Source: Bdellovibrionales bacterium (GTDB lineage: Bacteria > Bdellovibrionota > Bdellovibrionia > Bdellovibrionales > UBA1609). From it: a stretch of 64,000 bases of DNA. Shown one piece after another: positions 33,421-43,313 of the stretch. The stretch's first letter is position 1. Each line of letters opens with the position of its first letter. Under the pieces are notes generated by a model. The model did no database searches. It was given only the letters and a program-made list of their open reading frames with translations, and was not told where the DNA came from. The stretch lies in assembly GCA_965219095.1 (NCBI GenBank), contig CBDCMT010000001.1:1568001-1632000 (forward strand). Reading direction: 5' to 3'. A program made the position numbers and the translations under genes.

Positions 33421-33764
33421 TCTAGCAAAAAGAAAACATGGATGATTTTAGGATGTCCGGCAAGGCTATCTGATTGATATAAATATACTTTATATAATAC
33501 TGAAGATTCTTTGAATTCAAATTAAGGAATAATTTTTCCAAAAAGTCTTAAAATGATACAGTTTAAGAGGGTTAGAATCTTCTTAGTTTTTGGCTTTTTC
33601 TTTACAATTGATTGGGAAATTTTTGTTACTAAAAATAAATCATAAAAATTTTAGTAAAAAAGGCTAGTTTTGTTTCAAAAAAAAACAATTGCTTAATAAA
33701 AAGTTAATATTCATGTTCAAAAAAGTTTTTACAGAGTATAATTAAGGCTGGAGGCTTTTGATTT

Positions 33765-36700
33765 ATGTTCTTAAAGCAAAGAGGAGTTTTCTTAATAGAA
33801 GCACTTGTGGCTATTTTAATTTTGGCATTTGTAGCTTTAGGTTCTGTTGCTATTATTCTTTACGAAGAGGGAAATACAGCGAAAATAAAAAATCAAATTT
33901 CTGCACAAAATTATGGCTTGGTTGCTATGTCTCATCTTGTGTATGAGGATATCTGCACTCAAACTTTGACTGGTAAGGATTACCCTCTTGATGGTTTAAA
34001 AGTTGATGTTCCCGAACTTTTATCTTTCGATCTTGATCCTTCAGACTCAGTCTTACCTCGTACCATTTTAAAAAGTGGCGAGAAATACGGACATGGTTCT
34101 TCTGAAATCAAGGTGGAAGAAATGTTTATAAAAAATATTTCTGGAGATCTGGATGGAAGTCAAAACACCATTTGTGAATCTTTACCTTTGAATGTTCAGG
34201 AAAAAAGAACAGCTGAAAAGATCGTACATCCTCTGAAATTAAAAAAAGAACAAATCGTAGTACTTAAAGTCAGCACAAAAATGAAGTCCCTTTCTTTGGG
34301 TACTAACCATACGTGTGCGGTTTTAGGAGATGGGGGCTTGTGGTGCTGGGGGGAAGGAAGTGAGGGTCGTTTGGGAAATGGAGACACCTCGGAACAAGTT
34401 TATCCTGTATCTGTGAAAAAAGAAGATGATAATGATTTAAAAAATGTTACTGAAGTTTCTGCAGGCGATAGCCATACATGTGCGGCTTTAGGAAATGGAG
34501 AGGCTCGGTGCTGGGGGGACGGAGCTCAAGGTCTTTTAGGGGATGGAAACATTGGTTTCGATAAATCTCATCCTGTGGCTGTTAAATCTGTAGATGGTTC
34601 TGGATATCTGAAAGATGTGGTCTCTATTTCTGCAGGCCGTTATCATACTTGTGTGATTTTAGGAGATGGAGAGGCTCGGTGTTGGGGTAATGGAAGTGAT
34701 GGCCGTTTAGGAAATGGAGGCTCTCTCCTTCAAAGTCGTCCTGTGCGTGTGGAAGAAAGCCCTGGAGTGCCTTTAAAAAATGTTGTTTCTATTTCTGCAG
34801 GAGGTAAACATACTTGTGCGATTTTATTAGGTGGAGAGGCTATGTGTTGGGGAGATGGATTTTATGATCAGTTAGGGGATGGAGGTAATTCCGACCAAAC
34901 CCTTCCTGTGCGTGTGGAAGAAAGCCCTGGAGTGCCTTTAGAAAATGTTGTTTTTATTTCTTCAGGTGAGAACCATACTTGTGCGATTTTAGTAGGTGGA
35001 GAGGCTATGTGTTGGGGACTTGGATCGAGTGGTCAGTTAGGAAATGAAAGTTTTAACAATGAAAAACATCCTGTAGCTGTTAGATCTGAATATGGTCCTG
35101 GAAATTTAAAAAATGTGACCTCTATTTCTGCAGGCTATGAACACACTTGTGCGGTTTTAAGAAATGGACAGGCTCGGTGTTGGGGAAAAGGCCATAAGGG
35201 TCAATTAGGAAATAATACGTACGGCGATGAGCTTCGTCCTGAACCTGTGAAAAATAAATTGGGTACAGACAATTTACAAAATGTCATTTCCATTGTTGCA
35301 GGTGAGTATCATACGTGTGCAATTTTAGTGAGTGGACAGGCAGTTTGTTGGGGAGAGGGAGACAAAGGTCGTTTGGGAAATGGAGATACCTCTCCAAAAA
35401 ATCTTCCCGTAGTTGTTAGAGAAAAAGGAGGAGCTGAGCCAGGACTTAATTTAACAGAAAATGTGCGTGATATTTCTATAGGTGATTTTCATACTTGTGC
35501 AGTTTTAGTAAATGGTCAAGTACGGTGTTGGGGACAGGGAGCTAATGGTCAGTTAGGAAATGGAAGTACCTCTATCATAAACAGTCTTCCTGTGGCTGTA
35601 AGAGATGAAATGGGTAGAGGAAACTTAAAAAATGTACTTAAAATTTTTTCAGGCCATTATCATACCTGTGCAATTTTAGTAAATAGAAAGGCTATGTGTT
35701 GGGGATTGGGAACGAATGGTCAATTAGGAAATGCAGATAACTCCGATCAAACCTATCCTGTATTTGTTAGATCTGAAAGTGGTCCTGGAAAGTTAAACAA
35801 TGTTATTTCTATTTCTGCAAGCCGTTCCTATACCTGTGCGGTTTTAGGAAATGGAGAAGCTCGGTGTTGGGGTAATGGAAGCAATGGTCGTTTAGGAAGA
35901 GGCACTTCCAGCAAAAACCGTCCTGTGGCTGTTAAGGCTGAAAGTGGTTCTGGAAATTTACAAAACGTGGCCTCTATTTTTGCAGGCCATCATCATACCT
36001 GTGCAGTTTTAGTCAATGGAGAGGCTCGATGCTGGGGACTGGGAAGGAATAGTCAGTTAGGAAATGGAGCTAAACCTAACATACAAATTCGTCCCGTAAT
36101 AGTAAAGAAGAATGCTTCTGATCATTTGAAAAATGTGGCCTCTATTTCTGCAGGACAGAATAATACCTGTGCAATTTTAAGAAATGGAGAGGCTATGTGT
36201 TGGGGACTTGGAGGGTGGGGTCAGTTAGGAAATGGAGACACCTTGGAACAAGAATATCCTGTATCTGTTAAATCTTTAGATGGTTCTGATAATTTAAAGA
36301 ATATTGTCTCTCTTGCTCAAGGTTGGTTCCATACCTGTGCAGTTTTAGTCAATGGAGAGGCTCGATGTTGGGGGAGAAGAAATCAAGGTCAATTAGGAGA
36401 TGGTATTATTTCTAACGAGTCATCTTTGCTACCTGTAGTTGTAAAAAAAGATGGTAATCCTTTACAAAATGTGGTCTCTCTTTTTGCAGGCCATTATCAT
36501 ACTTGTGCGGTTGTGAGAGATGCGGATGCGTATTGTTGGGGTAATGGAACTCGGGGCCAGTTAGGGAATGGAGATACTTCTACGGAAAAATCTCTTGTGG
36601 AAGTAAATTTAAGTGAAGAAATTATCAATTTAAAATTTTCAACAAATAGTTTTGGAGTAGGAGCTTCACATGCTTGTATGATCCTCAACAATGATCAAGT

Positions 36701-39311
36701 GAGTTGTTGGGGACAGGGAGCTAGTGGTCAGTTAGGAGATGGAGGAAGTGGTGCAAATTATCAAAAACTTCGTCCTGTGATTGTGGAAGTAAGTCTTGGA
36801 GTAGCTTTGGAAAATGTCGTCTCTCTTGCTGTAGGCGATCATCATACCTGTGCAGTATTAGAAAATAAAGAGGCATGGTGTTGGGGACAGGGAGCTAGTG
36901 GTCAGTTAGGAGATGGAGGAAGTGGTGCAAATTATCAAAAACTTCGTCCTGTGGCTGTTAAGGCTGAAAGTGGCTTAGGACACTTAACAAATATTACTTC
37001 CATTTCTGCAGGCTATGCTCATACTTGTGTAGCTTTAGAAAATGGAGAAGTAAGGTGTTGGGGGGATGGAAGTAGTGGTCAGTTAGGAAATGGAACCCCT
37101 TCCAACCAAAACCGTCCTGTAGCTGTTAGATCTGAAAGTGGTTCTGGAAATTTAGAAAATGTGGTCTCTCTTTCCGCAGGCTATAGTCATACTTGTGCTC
37201 GTTTAGGAAGTGGGGAGATACGATGTTGGGGGAGTGGAAGTAGTGGTCAATTAGGAAATGGGAGTAGTACTGACCAATCTCGTCCTGTGGCTGTTAAGGC
37301 TGAAAGCGGTCCTGCAAATTTACAAAACGTGTTTTTTATTTCTGCAGGAAAAGAACATACCTGTGCAGTATTAGAAAATAAAGAGGCTCGATGTTGGGGA
37401 AAAGGTGATAAAGGTCAATTGGGAGATGCAGGTGTTTTAACTCAAACTCGTCCCGTGGCTGTGCAAGAATACGAAAATTCTATAGGTTCTGATCTAGAAA
37501 ACTTGAAAAAAGTTATTGGCATTTCTGCAGACCGTAGTCATCATACATGTGTTCGTTTAGAGATAAATGGTGGTAAAGAAGAGATAAAATGTTGGGGAGA
37601 GAACAATGTTTTTCAGTTAGGAAAAAGAAATGTTAATTCCCTAAACATTCCTTTTGATTCTGTCGTAGGGGAAGATGAAAGTCCCTTTAAGAATCGTAAG
37701 GATGGCAATGGAAAACTTTATTTAGGAGAAGGTTTGTCCTGTGTTTCTTATGATCCTGATCCTCAACTTGATCCTGATCCTCCTGATTCTCGCCCTAACA
37801 ACTTATACTGTTGGGGAAAAGTTAAAGATGACAGCTATAATGATAACATTCCGTATGTTCGTAAATTAGACATAGATCATCAATATCATACTGCCACATT
37901 AGTAAGTACTATTAATATTACACCACAGTATATAAGGCCTCAGATTTCTATAGGTGAAAAGCATACTTGTGCTCTTTTAGATCACAAACCTTGGTGTTGG
38001 GGAAAGGATGATGAAGTTCTCTTAGGAAGATCATCTTCTGGAGATGGAAACAAACCTCAGTCTGCGGATGAAGTGGATACTTTAGATAACTTTTTTGAGA
38101 TTGTTTCAGGAAGTGAACATACTTGTACTCTTTTCAAAGAAGGTAGTGATCATGGTGGTAAAGTGAAATGTTGGGGAAAAGGAAGTAGTGGTCGTTTAGG
38201 GAATAATGCTTCATCTGACAGTTCTGAGCCTCAGTTTGTGGTAGCTACAGGAGGATCAGGGGAACTTACAGATGTAGTTTCTATTGTGGCAGGTGAGAAT
38301 CATACCTGTGGTCTTCTTGATACAGGAGAGATGGTTTGTTGGGGGAAAAATAACGATGGCCAATTAGGAGATGGAACAAATGTTGATAAAATGAGCCCTG
38401 CTTATGTAAAGGTGAGTGATTCTGAAAATTTAGAAAATATCATTCAAATAGCAGCAGGACATAACCGTACTTGTGTTGTTTTAAATGACTTAACAGCTAA
38501 GTGCTGGGGATTAGGTTTGACTGCATTGTTTGCTGACAACACCTCTATGATTAAAGGTGCTAACTCTAGGACCTTAAGTTCTGTTTTAGATGTATTTCCT
38601 TCTTCTGATCATACATGCACCCGTATCTTGCATGTTTCAAGTGATAACAGGGAAAGAAAAAAAGTCTTGTGCTGGGGAAGCTCTGTTCCAGGAGTGAACT
38701 CTAGTTTTGTAGCAGATAATCCTCAATTCACTCAAGTTTCGGATCCTGATGAAGAGATCGATCAAATCTTTTTAGGCACCTCTCATATATGTGCCCTAAA
38801 ACAAAAGGAAGTAAGTTGCTGGGGAAGAAATAATCATTATCAAGCAGGCGAAATAAGTGATCTTTCATCTCCTAAAGTGGTTTCAGAGCTTTCTTCGGGA
38901 GTTCATCAAATCGCTTCTGGATTTAATCACAATTGTGCAATCAAGGGAGAGAAGATCTTATGTTGGGGTAAAAACAGTGACGGCCAGTTGGGAGATTTAA
39001 GCACGGATAACAATCACATTCCTGTAACTGCTTTTTTTACCTGTTCTTTCAGAGGAATCTTATTTACAATAATTATGAAAAAAAAGGAAAGTATATTTTC
39101 TTTAGGACAAACCTCTGAGGTGGAGTTTTCACGCCCTCTTAATATAGCTATAAGAATTAATCCCGATGGTAAAGAGGTCATTGACAAGTGTATAGGGTTT
39201 AGAGATAAGCATGTTATGGGCAAGGAATGCACAGGATCAAATTCATTTGCCATGGGTTTTGATGAGTTAGGGCAACCTATTTGTAAAAAAATATGGAGTA
39301 ATGGACCTTAA
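33765..39311 (+). CDS. Giant prepilin-signal protein with 28 RCC1/BLIP-II-like repeats
   Basis: KQRG-VFLIE N-terminus with hydrophobic helix; 28 HTC...CWG...GQLG units counted. Confidence 0.88.
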   Translation: MFLKQRGVFLIEALVAILILAFVALGSVAIILYEEGNTAKIKNQISAQNYGLVAMSHLVYEDICTQTLTGKDYPLDGLKVDVPELLSFDLDPSDSVLPRTILKSGEKYGHGSSEIKVEEMFIKNISGDLDGSQNTICESLPLNVQEKRTAEKIVHPLKLKKEQIVVLKVSTKMKSLSLGTNHTCAVLGDGGLWCWGEGSEGRLGNGDTSEQVYPVSVKKEDDNDLKNVTEVSAGDSHTCAALGNGEARCWGDGAQGLLGDGNIGFDKSHPVAVKSVDGSGYLKDVVSISAGRYHTCVILGDGEARCWGNGSDGRLGNGGSLLQSRPVRVEESPGVPLKNVVSISAGGKHTCAILLGGEAMCWGDGFYDQLGDGGNSDQTLPVRVEESPGVPLENVVFISSGENHTCAILVGGEAMCWGLGSSGQLGNESFNNEKHPVAVRSEYGPGNLKNVTSISAGYEHTCAVLRNGQARCWGKGHKGQLGNNTYGDELRPEPVKNKLGTDNLQNVISIVAGEYHTCAILVSGQAVCWGEGDKGRLGNGDTSPKNLPVVVREKGGAEPGLNLTENVRDISIGDFHTCAVLVNGQVRCWGQGANGQLGNGSTSIINSLPVAVRDEMGRGNLKNVLKIFSGHYHTCAILVNRKAMCWGLGTNGQLGNADNSDQTYPVFVRSESGPGKLNNVISISASRSYTCAVLGNGEARCWGNGSNGRLGRGTSSKNRPVAVKAESGSGNLQNVASIFAGHHHTCAVLVNGEARCWGLGRNSQLGNGAKPNIQIRPVIVKKNASDHLKNVASISAGQNNTCAILRNGEAMCWGLGGWGQLGNGDTLEQEYPVSVKSLDGSDNLKNIVSLAQGWFHTCAVLVNGEARCWGRRNQGQLGDGIISNESSLLPVVVKKDGNPLQNVVSLFAGHYHTCAVVRDADAYCWGNGTRGQLGNGDTSTEKSLVEVNLSEEIINLKFSTNSFGVGASHACMILNNDQVSCWGQGASGQLGDGGSGANYQKLRPVIVEVSLGVALENVVSLAVGDHHTCAVLENKEAWCWGQGASGQLGDGGSGANYQKLRPVAVKAESGLGHLTNITSISAGYAHTCVALENGEVRCWGDGSSGQLGNGTPSNQNRPVAVRSESGSGNLENVVSLSAGYSHTCARLGSGEIRCWGSGSSGQLGNGSSTDQSRPVAVKAESGPANLQNVFFISAGKEHTCAVLENKEARCWGKGDKGQLGDAGVLTQTRPVAVQEYENSIGSDLENLKKVIGISADRSHHTCVRLEINGGKEEIKCWGENNVFQLGKRNVNSLNIPFDSVVGEDESPFKNRKDGNGKLYLGEGLSCVSYDPDPQLDPDPPDSRPNNLYCWGKVKDDSYNDNIPYVRKLDIDHQYHTATLVSTINITPQYIRPQISIGEKHTCALLDHKPWCWGKDDEVLLGRSSSGDGNKPQSADEVDTLDNFFEIVSGSEHTCTLFKEGSDHGGKVKCWGKGSSGRLGNNASSDSSEPQFVVATGGSGELTDVVSIVAGENHTCGLLDTGEMVCWGKNNDGQLGDGTNVDKMSPAYVKVSDSENLENIIQIAAGHNRTCVVLNDLTAKCWGLGLTALFADNTSMIKGANSRTLSSVLDVFPSSDHTCTRILHVSSDNRERKKVLCWGSSVPGVNSSFVADNPQFTQVSDPDEEIDQIFLGTSHICALKQKEVSCWGRNNHYQAGEISDLSSPKVVSELSSGVHQIASGFNHNCAIKGEKILCWGKNSDGQLGDLSTDNNHIPVTAFFTCSFRGILFTIIMKKKESIFSLGQTSEVEFSRPLNIAIRINPDGKEVIDKCIGFRDKHVMGKECTGSNSFAMGFDELGQPICKKIWSNGP

Positions 39312-39436
39312 AAATAGTGTTTTATTTCCTAAATTCGAGATAAATTTTACTCACTAGGATTTTCCATTCTAGGTCACCTCAAAAAAACTCCATTTCTATA
39401 GGGAAATACAGGAATTTTCAATCCAAAGAAAAATAA

Positions 39437-39470
39437 TACCAATTACAGAAATTAATTTCTGTAATTGGTA
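39437..39470. repeat. 34-bp perfect palindrome formed by two IS630-A right ends, flanked by TAA/TAA
   Basis: taa-TACCAATTACAGAAATTAATTTCTGTAATTGGTA-taa. Confidence 0.88.
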
Positions 39471-39650
39471 TAACAAATGTGTTTTTCCACAGACCCTCCT
39501 TAAAAAAGTCTCATTGCGTTATGTAAATAAAGTACAAAAAGCCATGGAAATTTTATAAAACTTATAGATTCATTTGCTTTTTTGTTCTAATTGCCCTAAA
39601 ACCTTTTTGAGTTTAATTATATTTTTTTAAAAAGGTAAAGAAAGGAGTCT

Positions 39651-39884
39651 ATGTTAGTTCTTACAAGGAAAGTTGGCGAAACTTTGATCATTGATGATAA
39701 CATTAAGGTTACTGTTGTGGACATTAGAGGAAAGCAAGTACGTATTGGTATTGAAGCACCCTCTCATGTGTCTGTAAACAGAGAGGAAATATTCAAAGCT
39801 CTTCAAAAACAAAACAAAAAATCAGCACAAACTGATCACAAACTTCTTACTGAAATTACAAAAAAACTGGATGAAATATTTTGA
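39651..39884 (+). CDS. csrA: Carbon storage regulator CsrA
   Basis: [14 protein letters not shown]...[14 protein letters not shown]. Confidence 0.96.
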   Translation: MLVLTRKVGETLIIDDNIKVTVVDIRGKQVRIGIEAPSHVSVNREEIFKALQKQNKKSAQTDHKLLTEITKKLDEIF

Positions 39885-39982
39885 ATCAAGCCCTTCACTT
39901 TAAGTATTATGGCCAGATAAAGTAAAGAGAAGATTTTTCAAATCAAAGCTGAGTTCTAAGTGATTGATGAAACCACTATTGA

Positions 39983-40460
39983 TGGCTCCTCCCGGGAATC
40001 TGTGGGTAAAAATCAGTTACACAATTTAATTTACAGACTCTCTGTTGTGGAGGTCAGTGATTGGAGTGTTAAAAGGAGAGTTTCATCTTGAGCATTCTCG
40101 CCATCGTAGCCCACAAAACTTTGTCACCAATCTTTTAGGTACTCTCATCTCTTACTTGCTTATACCATTTCCAAAAATTAATTCGACATTCTTTTAACGC
40201 ATAGCATCCTGGCTTTTTGATCAAACTCTGTTAAATTTTTAGAGTCATTTCGAAAAAAGATTTAGTTACACAGATTCAAGGGTATGATTTTCTGGCTACT
40301 TACAAAGTAGAAAGAAATTCCAATATCAAGATAAAACTCCAAGCTTTGCAGCATATGCAAGACGGAAAATCGATTCAAGAAACAGCAGGTTGAACTTCCC
40401 CTGTTTCTGCGGACAGTCAATTTTCTCTTAAAGTCTCCATAAAATGGAGGTAAAAGAAAG
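39983..40460. mobile_element. Mosaic of IS fragments (ISL3-like end, IS256-like end, IS982 piece, IS630-A 5' piece, IS3 left end)
   Basis: Each piece matches a longer element elsewhere in the window. Confidence 0.8.
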
Positions 40461-41993
40461 GTAACTGCTCACTCTCGTAAGTTTTTATTTAAAGCCATAG
40501 AGATGGCTTCTAAAGAAGAATACCCTCTATTTCTCATTGTTTTAACATAGCTGGTAATACGACAAAAATATTTCGCCATTTCTTCTGTTCTGAAACACCC
40601 TGACACTTTCTTTTTCACTTTAGTCATTCTTAGATCTCTTTCAGCTCTGTTATTAGTAGGATCTACGTTCTTTCTTTTAGCAAAGCACAGTATTTCTGCT
40701 TCATACTTTTTAAATCGCAGCCAAAGGTTTTGAGCTTGTGTATGCTTTATTCGTCCTTTCTTGCCATTTTTCTTAGGAAATTCTGGAAGCTCTTTTAAGC
40801 CTTTTGTAAGAATACTCCTATACCTTCTCTGAAGAGTTTCGTACTCTTTTTGAGTCAGAACTCTTGACTCTTTTTTATGAACTAACTCCACAGTCTCTTT
40901 AAGAAGTTTTTTGAGATTTGTAGCCCATTTGAATCCATTGCTTTCTTCTATAAATTTAAGCTCTCTCAAAAGGTGAGCCACACACAAAGCATGAGTTATC
41001 TTATCATAACAAAAGTAAGGACTCCAACAATCATGCACAAGCACTCCTGTATATCTATCCAAGAGACCAATATCTTTTATGGCTTCCCTTCCACCTGAAA
41101 GGTGTAGAAACTGCAAGACTAATTCTCCTGAACTATAAGTATGAATCCAGTAGTTTTTACCCTTAACCCTCATAGAGGTCTCATCAACATGAATGACCTC
41201 TGATTCAAGTATCTTTTCTTTCATCTGCTCTTCCCAACTTTTAAGAAACTCTCCTAATTCAGCAATGTATCTCAACATAACTGCAGGAGAAATCATTCGA
41301 CCTATAAGCCCCATGTAATGTTCCCCAACACGCTCTAAAAGACAGCATCTGAACTATAATGAAATTGATGATGGAAGCTCTAATGCCTATACCATACTGA
41401 AGAGGACCACTCATACCTTTAGGGAATTGACCTTTATTTCTAGCTCCACATGAGGGACAATCCTTAACCTCAGAAGTTACAGTATGGGTCTGAATTTCAT
41501 AAAAAATATCAATCTTTTTACGCTTCTCAAGGCTTTTTACCTCTGCTGTCTTTAAAAACATCCCACACTGAGAACACTCTGAGGGAGAGACAGTCTCCTC
41601 ACTGTTTGTATCTTTACTGTTATCAAGTCTAGAGCCCTTTTTCTGACTCCCACTAGCTTTCTTATTACGATTCCCTTGACGACTAAAATCTTGCGAAGGA
41701 GGAAGACCGCTGTTGCTGGAATTTTTTCGAACCTGTTTTTCTAAAAGCACAGCAATCAGAATGTTCACAACCTTAAAGAGAGATTCAAAAACCACAGAAA
41801 TCTCAGTAGGCACAGAACCTTTCTTTGCAAACTTATCAAAGTCACTTCTTATATTTTCAATCTCATTTCTGATGGAGGTCTTATTTATTGTCATTTGAAA
41901 AAAGTATTTAAAAGAAAATCTGTAAGAGCAAGACTTTTATCTTAAAACAGGTCTAAAGTTAAGGATAACTGAACAATGTAGGTGAGCAGTTAC
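40461..41993 (-). mobile_element. IS66-family element, copy 4 (full length), with 8-bp TSD
   Basis: TIRs present; AAAGAAAG on both flanks. Confidence 0.94.
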
Positions 41994-42210
41994 AAAGAAA
42001 GAACGTAGATCCCACTAATAACAGAGCTGAAAGAGATCTAAGAATGACTAAGGTGAAAAAGAAAGTGTCAGGGTGTTTCAGAACAGAAGAAATGGCGAAA
42101 TATTTTTGTCGCATTACCAGCTATGTTAAAACAATGAGAAATAGAGGGTATTCTTCTTTAGAAGCGATCTCTATGGCTTTAAATAAAAACTTACGAGAGT
42201 GAGCAGTTAC
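41994..42210 (+). mobile_element. IS66 3' fragment in opposite orientation
   Basis: Matches the last 217 bp of the element including the right TIR. Confidence 0.9.
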
Positions 42211-42220
42211 GATAAAGATG

Positions 42221-43168
42221 CTAAATGTTATCTAGGCGAGACCATAAAAGATGATCAGCTAAAGTCAACCAAGCCATACATTCTAAAACAATAAGAGCAC
42301 GAGGAATGATACAAGGATCATGACGTCCTTTTTTTGCTACATCTAACACAGAAGACGTGGGTTTAAACACCACTTTTAAATGAATGTCTTTTCCTGTGCT
42401 TATACCACCTTGAATACCACCATAAGGATCTAAGTCTCTAGATGTGTGAAACTGTGTTCCTTTTTCAAAAACTCCCTTTAAACCAGAACCTACTTCAAAG
42501 CAAGAAACAGCCCCTACACTCATCATACTAGAGGCGAGATCTGATTTTAATTTTTTAAACACAGGCTGCCCTAAACAAGAAGGAGGTGAGTGAATGATCA
42601 CTTCACATACACCTCCATAACTTTCTCCTTTTTGCTTAGCCTGTTCTAAGAAACAAGTTAGATCATTTTGAGTAAAATTTTTTAAAGGGCCTATTTGTTT
42701 TATACGTGAGGTGATGTTTGTGCTTTTATGAACTTGATGAAAAAACATTTGTGCTACACTTCCTCCTATCACTCGACTAAGAGTTTCTCGACCAGAAGAT
42801 CTTCCTCCTCCCCTAGAATCAGTGTGAATAAATTTTTTTTTTAAAATCTCATCCGCATGACCTCGCCTATCTTTTAAATTTTTATACTCTTCAGCACGAG
42901 CGTCTTGATTGAAAACGATCATAGCAATAGGAGTTCCTAGTGTTTTATTTTGATAAACACCGCTTAAGACAAGGGGTCTGTCATCCTCTTTTCTTGCACT
43001 TAACCAGGGATGGGTTCCGGGCCTTCTCCTTTTGAGCTGAGATGTAAGTAAATCTTCTTTCCAAAAAACCCCTGAAGGACAGCCCTCAATAACAACACCT
43101 AAAGCTTTTCCATGGCTTTCTCCAAAGGATGTAATATGAAAAATCTCGCCTAAACCGTTAGCTGACAT
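42221..43168 (-). CDS. aroC: Chorismate synthase
   Basis: SFGESHG, RGGGRSSGRET, GGIQGGIS, FKPTSS, GRHDPCI. Confidence 0.96.
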   Translation of the reverse strand: MSANGLGEIFHITSFGESHGKALGVVIEGCPSGVFWKEDLLTSQLKRRRPGTHPWLSARKEDDRPLVLSGVYQNKTLGTPIAMIVFNQDARAEEYKNLKDRRGHADEILKKKFIHTDSRGGGRSSGRETLSRVIGGSVAQMFFHQVHKSTNITSRIKQIGPLKNFTQNDLTCFLEQAKQKGESYGGVCEVIIHSPPSCLGQPVFKKLKSDLASSMMSVGAVSCFEVGSGLKGVFEKGTQFHTSRDLDPYGGIQGGISTGKDIHLKVVFKPTSSVLDVAKKGRHDPCIIPRALIVLECMAWLTLADHLLWSRLDNI

Positions 43169-43313
43169 AAATCAAGCCATACCACCTTTCTCTTTTTCTG
43201 ACAAACATAGACTTAGTGTGAGGTTTTTTGTTACCCCTTTAAGCACTTTTTAGTCTTTATCTTACATAACATGCTTGTCTAAAGGTTAAAAAAAGATTAA
43301 ATTATGTAAAATT

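Noticed and set aside
34280..39030. Regularly spaced repeats as a CRISPR array
   Set aside because: They are degenerate in-frame protein repeats of about 170 bp; no cas genes or constant repeat-spacer pattern
33765..39311. Diversity-generating retroelement target
   Set aside because: No reverse transcriptase in the window, and duplicated segments are not adenine-specific variants
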